DNA from: a virus
Lineage: Duplodnaviria; Caudoviricetes
Strand: one strand, 5' to 3'
Length of the DNA: 27,310 nt
IMG/VR virus record: IMGVR_UViG_3300031673_000385
Coordinates: 1-27,310 of that record
The notes below the pieces were generated by a model that ran no database searches, was not told the DNA's origin, and worked only from the letters and a program-made list of their open reading frames with translations. Positions 8,256-15,869 of the stretch are shown in pieces (the first letter of the stretch is position 1; every line of letters starts with the position of its first letter). The position numbers and the translations under genes were made by a program.

Positions 8256-8560
8256 CGGGTCGGCAACTCCTGCGGCCTTTCTGCTAGCTCGCGTTTGAGT
8301 CGCAAGTTTTCGTTTGCGTTTTCTCGGTTATTCCGTGACCAATACGATTGGCAGTCTTGGCAACGATCGGTGTGTCTGTCGTATCCGATATCTTCCAAGC
8401 GCTCAATATAGCTTGCGAACGCGTCCAACTGCGTTGCTAGCTCTTGAGAGAATCGATCGCTCAGCTTGATGAACCGCGCGCCTTCGGGGTCGTCAATAGG
8501 CTCGCCTTCGCGGTCAGCGTCCCGCAGCTCTTGCGCTAGCTCTCGTGCGATGTTCTTCAT
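8252..8560 (-). CDS. Hypothetical protein (CxxC, coiled-coil C-terminus)
   Basis: Start trimmed to MKNIARELA (ATG 8560), 4 nt after the nuclease stop. Confidence 0.6.
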   Translation of the reverse strand: MKNIARELAQELRDADREGEPIDDPEGARFIKLSDRFSQELATQLDAFASYIERLEDIGYDRHTDRCQDCQSYWSRNNRENANENLRLKRELAERPQELPTR

Positions 8561-8564
8561 TCGC

Positions 8565-9587
8565 TCAGTCCAACAAATCGAAGCGGTCAGTGTGAGTGGA
8601 GTCTCGCTTTGAAAATCCAAGCAGCGCCTCGTCAAGATCGCTTGAGCCGTCGCAGATAGGCATGAACTGACAAAGCCCGCGCAGCGTGCACTGATTGGTA
8701 TTCTTGGAGAAGTAGTTCGTCGCGATCGTCGGCTCAAGATCCAAGATTATGAATTGAGAGAGCTCATCGACGAAGCCCTGCATTGCGGTTGCAGCAAACT
8801 TCAAGCGCTCGCGGTAGAAGTACTTGGCAGGGTCCAAGCGATAGTCGCTCTCGACGCGATTCAAGAACTCCCCGAAGCTTTCGTTCTTTTTCAGCCGCAG
8901 CCGGCTCTTGAGCGCAGCGTTGTAGAGCACGAAGCTCGGCTTGACCCCGTACTCTTCGAAGTAGCTCCAAACGTAGCTGAGGATTTGATAGTCGAGCGGC
9001 AGCTTCGCAACGTAGCTGGTATCCAACGCGCCGGTCGTCTTGTTTTCAACGATCCCAATCTCGCCTTTGGTATAGCCGTTCCCGCTGCGCTTGACGCGAA
9101 CTACCATGTCCCGCGTTCCGATGTAGCTCCAATCAGTTCCAGGAATCGTTATCTTGAAGTCGCCTTCGCACTCCAGGATTTCGAACTGATCTAGGTCGCG
9201 CTCCAAGAACTGGTCGACATAAGTGGGGAGCAGCCCTTGAGCTATCGCGCTCGCTCGCCAAATCTTTTCTTCTTGGTATTCGTTCGTGCACTGAGTAACA
9301 GCTTCGCGAGTCTGCTTGTCGATGCGCTTGCGGCATGCCGTCGCGCTAAACGCTCCGCGCGTATACATCCGCTCCCACTCCGCATGGACAACGCGGCCAA
9401 TCCAGAAGTAGTCCACGACGCCGCGTTTGCCAAGGCCATGGCCATAGCTCAAGCGGTACTTCTGACGGCAGTCCATGAAGGTACTGCGGCCGGAGTTGGA
9501 AATAGTGCGGCGCTCAAAGTCAGGCTCGCCGAGCTTTTGGACTACGCGAACGTAGTCGTTGATAGGAGCTTGCTGACGGTCAGGCAT
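8565..9587 (-). CDS. PD-(D/E)XK exonuclease, Cas4/RecB-like, with four-Cys Fe-S cluster ligands
   Basis: ISNS..STFMDC..KY, G.VVH, E...GTRD...VENKT, YQ..SY and C-terminal C..LCQF..IC; start trimmed to ATG 9587. Confidence 0.85.
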   Translation of the reverse strand: MPDRQQAPINDYVRVVQKLGEPDFERRTISNSGRSTFMDCRQKYRLSYGHGLGKRGVVDYFWIGRVVHAEWERMYTRGAFSATACRKRIDKQTREAVTQCTNEYQEEKIWRASAIAQGLLPTYVDQFLERDLDQFEILECEGDFKITIPGTDWSYIGTRDMVVRVKRSGNGYTKGEIGIVENKTTGALDTSYVAKLPLDYQILSYVWSYFEEYGVKPSFVLYNAALKSRLRLKKNESFGEFLNRVESDYRLDPAKYFYRERLKFAATAMQGFVDELSQFIILDLEPTIATNYFSKNTNQCTLRGLCQFMPICDGSSDLDEALLGFSKRDSTHTDRFDLLD

Positions 9588-9795
9588 TGCGGAGCAGCAG
9601 CTCAGGCTTTCCTTCGTACCTCGCAAGCTCGCGTTCCAAGATTGCTCGCATGACTTTGGCTCGCGCGAGACCTGTTGAATACGCGAGGTTATCAATGCGG
9701 TCTAGAACGCTCCTATCCAAGAAGTAGAGCGAACAGCTCGCGGTTCGTAGCTGACCCGTGGCGGGCCGCTTTCGCTTCGTCGGTTTGCGGGGCAA
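9580..9795 (-). CDS. Ribbon-helix-helix (CopG/Arc-like) DNA-binding protein
   Basis: SCSLYF strand followed by LDRIDNLA...ARAKVMRAILE helices; AAAGGA RBS before TTG. Confidence 0.65.
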   Translation of the reverse strand: MPRKPTKRKRPATGQLRTASCSLYFLDRSVLDRIDNLAYSTGLARAKVMRAILERELARYEGKPELLLRNA

Positions 9796-9852
9796 GTGCT
9801 TTTCCTTTCAGCTATTTCCGCTCGTATCGAACGGAGCTGCATTAAAGCACGG

Positions 9853-10353
9853 TCAGCCGCCGCTGTAAACTCTGGACTTTCTGTCGCCAAAAGCTGAATC
9901 GTTTCGCAGGCTTGCGCGCTTTTGGCTGCGCGCTTGTCGGTGAAACGCTAGCAGGAACGCCTCTATAAACGCCGCGGAGCCGTACCGATCGCCGGCTAGA
10001 ACGAACGCGACGCCGAGCTGCGCGCAGCGTGTTGAGATGCTGCCGAGCAGCGAATGACCGTTGACCGCAGTCCGCTTTGAACCGCGCGCTACATCCAACG
10101 CGGTTGCTTCAACTACGATCGCAGCCGCAGCGAGCTCGCCCAGCTCTTGCAGCCGTTCATCCATTCGGACGCGGGTGCGGGTGAACGAACCAAACAGGTC
10201 ATCTAAGCTCTTGCGCTCAACAGCAACGCGACTTTCCAATCCTGCGATTGAGTAGTCGCCGAAGTCCAGCTTACTCACTGAAGTCGGCAGCGTGAACTCA
10301 AGCGGTCGCTGCTCGCGCGTATCAATCACGATCGTGGGCTTGCGTTGGCGCAT
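9853..10353 (-). CDS. ERCC4/XPF-domain endonuclease (candidate junction resolvase)
   Basis: IDTREQ, GDYS and VERKSLDDL signature motifs. Confidence 0.9.
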   Translation of the reverse strand: MRQRKPTIVIDTREQRPLEFTLPTSVSKLDFGDYSIAGLESRVAVERKSLDDLFGSFTRTRVRMDERLQELGELAAAAIVVEATALDVARGSKRTAVNGHSLLGSISTRCAQLGVAFVLAGDRYGSAAFIEAFLLAFHRQARSQKRASLRNDSAFGDRKSRVYSGG

Positions 10354-10364
10354 GCCCGCCAATA

Positions 10365-10400
10365 TAGAAAAGGGCGCCCCGCTTTGCAACAGGACGCCCT
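10365..10400 (-). terminator. Rho-independent terminator after the H1-like gene
   Basis: Minus strand reads AGGGCGTCCTG-TTGCAAAG-CGGGGCGCCCT followed by TTTCTAT. Confidence 0.75.
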
Positions 10401-10419
10401 AAAGAGTAACCGCGCTGGA

Positions 10420-11190
10420 TTACGCCTTCTTTTTCTTCGCGGTCTTCTTCTTGGACGCAGCCTTCTTGGACGCCGTCTTCTTGGACGCCTTCTTCTTCTT
10501 GGGCTCCGCCGGCGCCGCCGTCTTGTTTTCTCCGGCGATCGTGCGAGCCTTGCCCTTCGCCATTCCGCTGAGCAGCCCGCGGCGGAACTGACTCTTGTAC
10601 CAGCTCAGATGCGTTCCGCTGAACCGGCTAGCCGGGAACTCGTCCTGCACCTGCTTTGTCAGTGCCTCGTTGGTCGGCATGTTGGACTGACCGAGCAGCT
10701 CAATCATGCGAGCGGAAATGGACTTGCGTTTTTCGGTCGCGGGCTTGGACTTCTTTGCGGCCTTCTTCTTCACGGTCTTGGGCATGTCGTCTTCCTTCTT
10801 GTTTATGGCGAGGTCAAGATAGAATCTCAGCCTCTCGTCAAACGCAGCGGCCTTGTAGCGTGTACTAGCTAGCCGTCGCGCTATCACTTTTGGATGGAGC
10901 TCGCTGAGCGCGTTCGCTTGTTGGTAGCCCAACCAAATTAGCTCATAGCCTACGCGTGTCGCAAGCAATTTGGGATGGACGTCAGGAACTTCTTCGTCTG
11001 GAAATATCTCTGCGAATTTCTGGAGTACCACCATGCGGTAGCCTTTGCTGCCGACTTCAAACGGATGCAGCGACTCCAGAAAGTCAACAACGCTCTTCTT
11101 GGCTCCCGCCGGTTCAGTCGCGGTTGACGTTGCAGCTTGAGCCTTCTTGGAAACCGCGCGGCGTCGCAGTGAACTTTTTCTAGCCGGCAT
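10420..11190 (-). CDS. Lys/Ala-rich, histone-H1-like DNA-binding protein
   Basis: KKKAAKK and KKKKASKKTASKKAASKKKTAKKKKA tails flank a small helical domain; possible internal start at 10785. Confidence 0.65.
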   Translation of the reverse strand: MPARKSSLRRRAVSKKAQAATSTATEPAGAKKSVVDFLESLHPFEVGSKGYRMVVLQKFAEIFPDEEVPDVHPKLLATRVGYELIWLGYQQANALSELHPKVIARRLASTRYKAAAFDERLRFYLDLAINKKEDDMPKTVKKKAAKKSKPATEKRKSISARMIELLGQSNMPTNEALTKQVQDEFPASRFSGTHLSWYKSQFRRGLLSGMAKGKARTIAGENKTAAPAEPKKKKASKKTASKKAASKKKTAKKKKA

Positions 11191-11386
11191 GGAGTCGGCT
11201 CAAGAATTCCTGCTCCAGCACGTGCTCCCTTTGCTGCGGCAGATCTTCATCGTACAAATCGCGCGCCCAGCCGTATACGCAGCCGCGGCGTTTCTGCGGC
11301 GCGTCAGCAGGCGTAGTCTGTTTTGTTTTCGGCGCAAAGCGCCACGGCCAAAGCGCTGTCGCAATAGGCCGCTTGCTAATCATCAT
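11180..11386 (-). CDS. Hypothetical early protein
   Basis: AAAGGGG RBS before ATG ATG; overlaps both neighbours. Confidence 0.5.
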   Translation of the reverse strand: MMISKRPIATALWPWRFAPKTKQTTPADAPQKRRGCVYGWARDLYDEDLPQQREHVLEQEFLSRLHAG

Positions 11387-11588
11387 CAGTAACCCCTTTG
11401 CGTTTGTTTGCTGCTCGCGCTCGCGCAGCCATGGTATTCTGTTTGATTGCATGCTGCGCGCAGTCTGTTGGATTGATCTGCTGCGCGAACCAAGTTACGC
11501 CGCACGGGCAGCGCAAGTCTGTTTCGTTGAATGAGTGCCCGCCTGAATTCGCGTGGCATCGGCAGGGCTGACCCGCGAACTTGCTCAT
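11376..11588 (-). CDS. Small Cys/His-rich protein
   Basis: CRCH..H..CPC..C pattern; TGATG-coupled to the upstream gene. Confidence 0.55.
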   Translation of the reverse strand: MSKFAGQPCRCHANSGGHSFNETDLRCPCGVTWFAQQINPTDCAQHAIKQNTMAARARAANKRKGVTDDD

Positions 11589-11863
11589 CAATCAATCCTG
11601 TCGTCGTCGCAGTCGCGGCAGCGCTTGCCGGTCATATAGCAGCCGCAGAACGAGCACGTGCGGATCGCAGCGGCTACAGAAGCGCATGCGCGGACAGCAG
11701 CCGCGCGGCCCCGCGCTTCCGCTTCGTCAACGTAAACCGCGAGGCACGGCTGCAAGCATGCGACGCAGATCAAGCAGCGCAGATCGGACGGGATCGGATC
11801 AACCGCCAACCCGCTGCCGCAGCAGCTTGAAACTTCTGAGCTTATTTCCATGGTGGGCATCAT
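11588..11863 (-). CDS. Small Cys-rich (double zinc-ribbon-like) protein
   Basis: SCCG...CLICVACLQPC and CSFC...CRDC; AAAGGTG RBS. Confidence 0.6.
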   Translation of the reverse strand: MMPTMEISSEVSSCCGSGLAVDPIPSDLRCLICVACLQPCLAVYVDEAEARGRAAAVRACASVAAAIRTCSFCGCYMTGKRCRDCDDDRID

Positions 11864-11864
11864 A

Positions 11865-12080
11865 TCACCTTTCTGAAGTCGGCGGCCATGATTTGAATTC
11901 GCAGTCTTCAACGCTGCGCTCGCCGATGTTGACCAAGAAGTCGCAGCCGTCCGGACTTCGGACTGCCCAAACGCCGGTCAGCCACGGATCCGGATAGAGC
12001 TCAAGCGGGCCGCAGTCATAGCCGGCTTCGTCGCGAACGAGCTCAGTGACGAGCAGCCGCTCCGTTTCAAGCGCGCTCAT
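11865..12080 (-). CDS. Hypothetical early protein
   Basis: ATGA-coupled member of the early operon. Confidence 0.6.
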   Translation of the reverse strand: MSALETERLLVTELVRDEAGYDCGPLELYPDPWLTGVWAVRSPDGCDFLVNIGERSVEDCEFKSWPPTSER

Positions 12081-12286
12081 TCTGAAACTCGCACGCGGCC
12101 GCGTCCACTGAGGAACGATCCGCAGTCAAGCCAATCGACGACTTCATTCTGCCAATCGGCGTGCTGCTCGCAGTGGATGCGCGCGTCGGCCATGGACTTG
12201 TCAGTCTGTCCATCCAGCGGCTTGCCGTTGAAGTAGGTCTTGAACCGGCCGGTATTTCCAAGCCGCTGCACTTCATAGTCGCTCAT
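12077..12286 (-). CDS. Hypothetical early protein
   Basis: AAGGAG RBS; ATGA-coupled. Confidence 0.65.
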   Translation of the reverse strand: MSDYEVQRLGNTGRFKTYFNGKPLDGQTDKSMADARIHCEQHADWQNEVVDWLDCGSFLSGRGRVRVSE

Positions 12287-12417
12287 GATGCTGCTCCTTC
12301 TTCAACCGATGCAAAGTTGCCGGTCTGATAGGTGTAGAGCGCAGCTTCTGCTTCCGCGCGCTCGCGATCGCTGAATTCAGCAAGCAGAACGAGATTGTGG
12401 TTGAACACTTGAAACAT
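12283..12417 (-). CDS. First gene of the leftward operon (44 aa, hypothetical)
   Basis: Hand translation MFQVFNHNLVLLAEFSDRERAEAEAALYTYQTGNFASVEEGAAS; AAGGGAG RBS; ATGA overlap with the next gene. Confidence 0.7.
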   Translation of the reverse strand: MFQVFNHNLVLLAEFSDRERAEAEAALYTYQTGNFASVEEGAAS

Positions 12418-12451
12418 CTTCTTGGCTCCCTTTGCTTTCCTTGCTCTTTAT

Positions 12452-12487
12452 AGCTTATCGGCGTTTGATTGGAATGCCGTAGCTTTA
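12452..12487 (-). promoter_or_regulatory. Leftward early promoter with GCCGATAA (sigma-28-type -10)
   Basis: Minus strand reads TAAAGCTACGGCATTCCAATCAAAC-GCCGATAAGCT, about 35 nt upstream of ATG 12417. Confidence 0.6.
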
Positions 12488-12555
12488 ATTGAAAAAGGCT
12501 GAAAAAAGATTATAGGCATGCGCCTGTAGGATTGCAATAGCTAACCGCGCGAATA

Positions 12556-12579
12556 TGCAACAAAAGTGCAACAAAAGTG
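12556..12579. repeat. 11-bp tandem repeat (TGCAACAAAAG x2) in the divergent control region
   Basis: TGCAACAAAAG TGCAACAAAAG TG read directly. Confidence 0.8.
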
Positions 12580-12743
12580 GACTCCAGACTCGCGCTCTGC
12601 TGGACTTTCTTTGGGGCACCTTGAGCAGCTACAGGCTGGCTTGGAGAAGACGCGTCTGGGGGCATCCTGGAGAGCCTGCCAAAAAGCCCTTTGATTTCAG
12701 CTAGTTAGAAAGCAGTTTATTTTGATCTATTTGGTCTTTTTTG

Positions 12744-12774
12744 CTTGATTTTGGTTGCGAAAGGCCGATAAGCT
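12744..12774 (+). promoter_or_regulatory. Rightward early promoter with GCCGATAA
   Basis: CTTGATTTTGGTTGCGAAAG-GCCGATAAGCT, about 42 nt upstream of ATG 12817; same 11-mer as the leftward promoter. Confidence 0.6.
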
Positions 12775-12816
12775 TGGTACGCTTCTAGTTGAGCAGCGAG
12801 TCTAAGGAGAGAAAAG

Positions 12817-13890
12817 ATGCCGGCACCCACCAACAGCGAGCGCGGTTACGAGCGCAGCGCGCCGGTTATCCGCCGCGATGGCCGCGGGCATGAGCAGAAC
12901 GCGTTCCGCGTCCGCTGCGAATGCGGATACCCCCTCTATCTTTCAGGCCTTGGGATCTCGCGCCGCACGTGCACAAGTTGCCGCCGCTCTTGGAATATCC
13001 GCTTTATCTATGCAGACCAGCCCGCGGTCATGACGCTGAGCGGGATTCGCACTTCGCGTCGCACTGTGTCGCGCCCCCGCCGCTCCGCCGCTGCTCAGAC
13101 GCAGACGGCAGCGATCGCGCGCCTCTTCCCTGAGTTGAGCACTGAAGGTCGCGCCTTTGGCGTTGAGCTTGAATTGATTGGCGATCGCTCGCGAATGCAG
13201 ACCGCCATAACCGGCAGCGGCATTCCCGCAGCGGTTGAAGGCTACAATCATTCGCTGCGAGACCATTGGAAGATCGTGACGGACGCTAGCGTGTACGGCG
13301 GCAGCGAAGTGGTTAGCCCCAAGCTGAGCGGCGAACAGGGCTTCGCGCAGCTTTATAAGGTTTGCGAAGCAACGACCAACGGCGGCGCGACTATCAACGC
13401 AAGCTGCGGTTTGCATGTCCACTTGGACGCGCGCGAGATGAGTGAGCAGAGCTACTGCCGGTTTTTCGCAGCCTACGCACTCTTTGAAGAGGCGATCAAC
13501 GGATTCATGCCGCGCAGCCGCCATAACAATCAGTACGCGCACCCCATCAACAGCGCGCTTCGCGGACAGACTTTCAGCACGCGAGCAGCATGTCGCAATC
13601 TTCTGAGCTCGCACGCTGGCCGGTATTGGACAGTCAACCCCCGCAGCTTCGCCGTTCATGGAACGATTGAAGTCCGCCATCACAGTGGAACGACTGAGTG
13701 GGGCAAGATCAGCAATTGGGTTAAGCTGCTCCTCTCCATGATGGACGCGGCGACCGCGATGAAGGCGTTGCCCGCGACAGGCACGCTGACTGATCTTCTG
13801 GAGTGGAGCGGCTGCACCGCGGACGTTGCTAGCTTTTTCAAGATGCGAACTTCGCACTTCGCTGCGGACGGCGCCCGCCGCTCCGCTTAA
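12817..13890 (+). CDS. Putative amidoligase (COOH-NH2 ligase, Amidoligase_2 family) with N-terminal Zn ribbon
   Basis: FGVELE, WKIVTDAS, EVVSP, NASCGLHVH and GTIEVRHHSGT motifs; N-terminal CECG...CTSC; TAAGGAG RBS. Confidence 0.88.
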   Translation: MPAPTNSERGYERSAPVIRRDGRGHEQNAFRVRCECGYPLYLSGLGISRRTCTSCRRSWNIRFIYADQPAVMTLSGIRTSRRTVSRPRRSAAAQTQTAAIARLFPELSTEGRAFGVELELIGDRSRMQTAITGSGIPAAVEGYNHSLRDHWKIVTDASVYGGSEVVSPKLSGEQGFAQLYKVCEATTNGGATINASCGLHVHLDAREMSEQSYCRFFAAYALFEEAINGFMPRSRHNNQYAHPINSALRGQTFSTRAACRNLLSSHAGRYWTVNPRSFAVHGTIEVRHHSGTTEWGKISNWVKLLLSMMDAATAMKALPATGTLTDLLEWSGCTADVASFFKMRTSHFAADGARRSA

Positions 13891-13913
13891 CTTTCAAGAC
13901 CAAGGAGAAGACC

Positions 13914-14162
13914 ATGCTGAACTATGTTGACAAGTCAGACGGGCAGATTCTAGCTGCCGAAACTCACAAGGAAATCATTGAGCTGCTCCGCAAGGGAGCG
14001 CTTGATCCGCTGAACAGCTTGGAAGACTTCATGGATGACGTCTCAGACCGCGCGGAACTTGACTGGTTTGCGCGACCGCAGGGCATCAGTGAAAACTTCA
14101 GGAGCTTTGTTGACGCGCTCGTCAAGGCGGGCCTGTTGGAGAAGCTGCATGACGAATCGTAA
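13914..14162 (+). CDS. Hypothetical acidic protein
   Basis: AAGGAG RBS; lies between the amidoligase and the GGCT. Confidence 0.7.
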   Translation: MLNYVDKSDGQILAAETHKEIIELLRKGALDPLNSLEDFMDDVSDRAELDWFARPQGISENFRSFVDALVKAGLLEKLHDES

Positions 14163-14718
14163 GCGCAAGCGCGTGCATAAGCGGAAGCGAAAGCAGCCGC
14201 AGCAAGAGCAGCCGCGCACGCTGTACTTTTCCTATGGCTCCAACATGGATCATTCGCAGATGGCGGATCGCTGCCCGCGAGCTCGCTTCGTCCAAAGGAA
14301 CGCGCTGCCGGATACCAAGCTGGTATTCCGCGGCGGGCTTGCGGACATAGACGCGGCGGAAGGCGAGTATGCTTACGGCGCGATCTGGTCCATCACTCCA
14401 GAGTGCGAGCGGATCTTGGACATCTATGAGGGAGCGCCGCGCCTGTACGTCAAGGAGTGGCTGCGCGTTCGCCAAGAGGGAACCATCAAGCGCATGCTCG
14501 TCTATGTGATGCGAAACAAGAAGATCGCATTGCGCCCGCCGCCGAGCAGCTATCTCGCTGGAATTGCGAGAGGCTACGCGGAGAGCGGTTGGGGCGAGCT
14601 CATCGACACAGTTTTGGATCGCGCGGTCGCGAATGCCCACAAAGTGTGGGATATGACCGATCGCGTGGGGCAGCTCGTTGGACGGGCTGCGCGACAAAAG
14701 AAGGAAAGCAAGTCATGA
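14149..14718 (+). CDS. Gamma-glutamylcyclotransferase (AIG2/GGCT-like)
   Basis: LYFSYGSNM..QM..RCP and LDIYEG..Y motifs, PPSSYL..I..GY; start trimmed to ATG 14149. Confidence 0.9.
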   Translation: MTNRKRKRVHKRKRKQPQQEQPRTLYFSYGSNMDHSQMADRCPRARFVQRNALPDTKLVFRGGLADIDAAEGEYAYGAIWSITPECERILDIYEGAPRLYVKEWLRVRQEGTIKRMLVYVMRNKKIALRPPPSSYLAGIARGYAESGWGELIDTVLDRAVANAHKVWDMTDRVGQLVGRAARQKKESKS

Positions 14719-15044
14719 AGTTTGGATTCACCATCAGGAGTTCTCAGAACGCGGAAACCGGAGCGCTCAGCTTCGTCCTCTACCATCAGCACAAGGCCTT
14801 CAACTGCGAAACGGTAGACGCCGCGATCGACAAGGCGCGCGATTTGGTGATCGCTCGCATTCCGCAGCCGCGTTGGGAAGTAGGCATCGAACTGGACGGA
14901 CAGACGTCCATCACCAACGTGCTGATCGCGGCGACGGAAGTGGATGCAGCCGGTGACGCGCTCGCCTCCGCAGCTCAGACCTATCCCAACGCACGCGTGA
15001 CAGCCGTGCGGCGTTTGGGAGACGACGAGCGCGGCGACGAATAG
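14715..15044 (+). CDS. Hypothetical protein
   Basis: MKFGFTIRS start, ATGA-coupled to the GGCT, AAGGA RBS. Confidence 0.65.
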   Translation: MKFGFTIRSSQNAETGALSFVLYHQHKAFNCETVDAAIDKARDLVIARIPQPRWEVGIELDGQTSITNVLIAATEVDAAGDALASAAQTYPNARVTAVRRLGDDERGDE

Positions 15045-15066
15045 CGCTAAAGGGAGGAACTGAATT

Positions 15067-15116
15067 GGGTGGCGGCGCAAGGGAGAAGCTTGCGTCGCTG
15101 CCCCCTGCCCCCTTTC
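15067..15116 (+). terminator. GC-rich hairpin closing the rightward early operon
   Basis: GGGTGGCGGCGCAAG-GGAGAAG-CTTGCGTCGCTGCCC; the T4 tract is displaced about 9 nt from the stem. Confidence 0.55.
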
Positions 15117-15121
15117 GCTAA

Positions 15122-15247
15122 TTCACTGGTAGTAGTAGGGGGGGGTCGGAGTGTGTGCCCTTATAAGGGCTATTTCAAAGATTCAGCTTTTTGAATCTGC
15201 TGCTATACAAGGCACGTCTGCACCTACTATTACCTACTACCAATGAA
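15122..15247. repeat. AT-rich nested inverted-repeat element
   Basis: TTCACTGGTAGTAG / CTACTACCAATGAA outer arms; internal palindrome GCCCTTATAAGGGC (15157-15170) and AGATTCA/TGAATCT. Confidence 0.7.
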
Positions 15248-15280
15248 ATATATATAGGCTACTAAGGAGCATAGAAGAGA

Positions 15281-15607
15281 ATGACTGATAGAGTGCGAAG
15301 TGAAGATCTGCTGCCGCTGCGACCGTTCCATTCGCTCGCTGAGCTTGGGGATGCGGCTGCGCTTCCGCCGAGCAGCGATGATGAGAATTGGCCGAATAGT
15401 TCAGATAGCGTCGCATATGCGAGTCCGAAGCTCAAGGCGCGCAGAACGCGACCGACGCAGCCTGACAGCGACTCACCGGAACTCGGTTCGGACCTTTGGG
15501 CGATCGCAGAAATCAGAGCAGCGCTCAATGGACTGCCGAAAGAGCTCGCCAAAAAGATTCTGGAGTACGTGCTCGCAACTGAGCCGGATGGAGCTTGGAC
15601 CAAATGA
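15281..15607 (+). CDS. Hypothetical protein
   Basis: TAAGGAG upstream; helical C-terminus (IAEIRAALNGLPKELAKKILEYVL). Confidence 0.5.
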   Translation: MTDRVRSEDLLPLRPFHSLAELGDAAALPPSSDDENWPNSSDSVAYASPKLKARRTRPTQPDSDSPELGSDLWAIAEIRAALNGLPKELAKKILEYVLATEPDGAWTK

Positions 15608-15869
15608 ATTGGACGCTGCTCGCTCAGTTCGCGATTGCTATTGGTCTCAGCTTCGCTTGGGGTTGGAGGCTAGGGGTGATGGTCTATGTCTTCAATCACG
15701 CCTGCGAGCATAACCTCTATGAAGGGAGGGGAAAGCCTTGGGGCTAATGCTTGGCAGCGGCATTGGCATCGGTAGGTGCTGATATACGAGCAGGGCCGCC
15801 ATTCTACTAGCGGATAGGCCAAGGGAAAGCTGGACTGGGCTCCTCAGAATTGGGGGGCCCTTTCCAATT

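Noticed and set aside
2831-10389. Longer ORF-track starts for the kinase (3499), 8252 ORF (8737), nuclease (9695) and ERCC4 (10389)
   Set aside because: They overlap neighbouring genes or a terminator; the shorter starts have an RBS, stop/start coupling, or begin right at the conserved domain.
12943-13857. 304-aa minus-strand ORF (also 18055-18909 and similar)
   Set aside because: Fully antisense to well-supported genes; long shadow ORFs are expected in GC-rich DNA.
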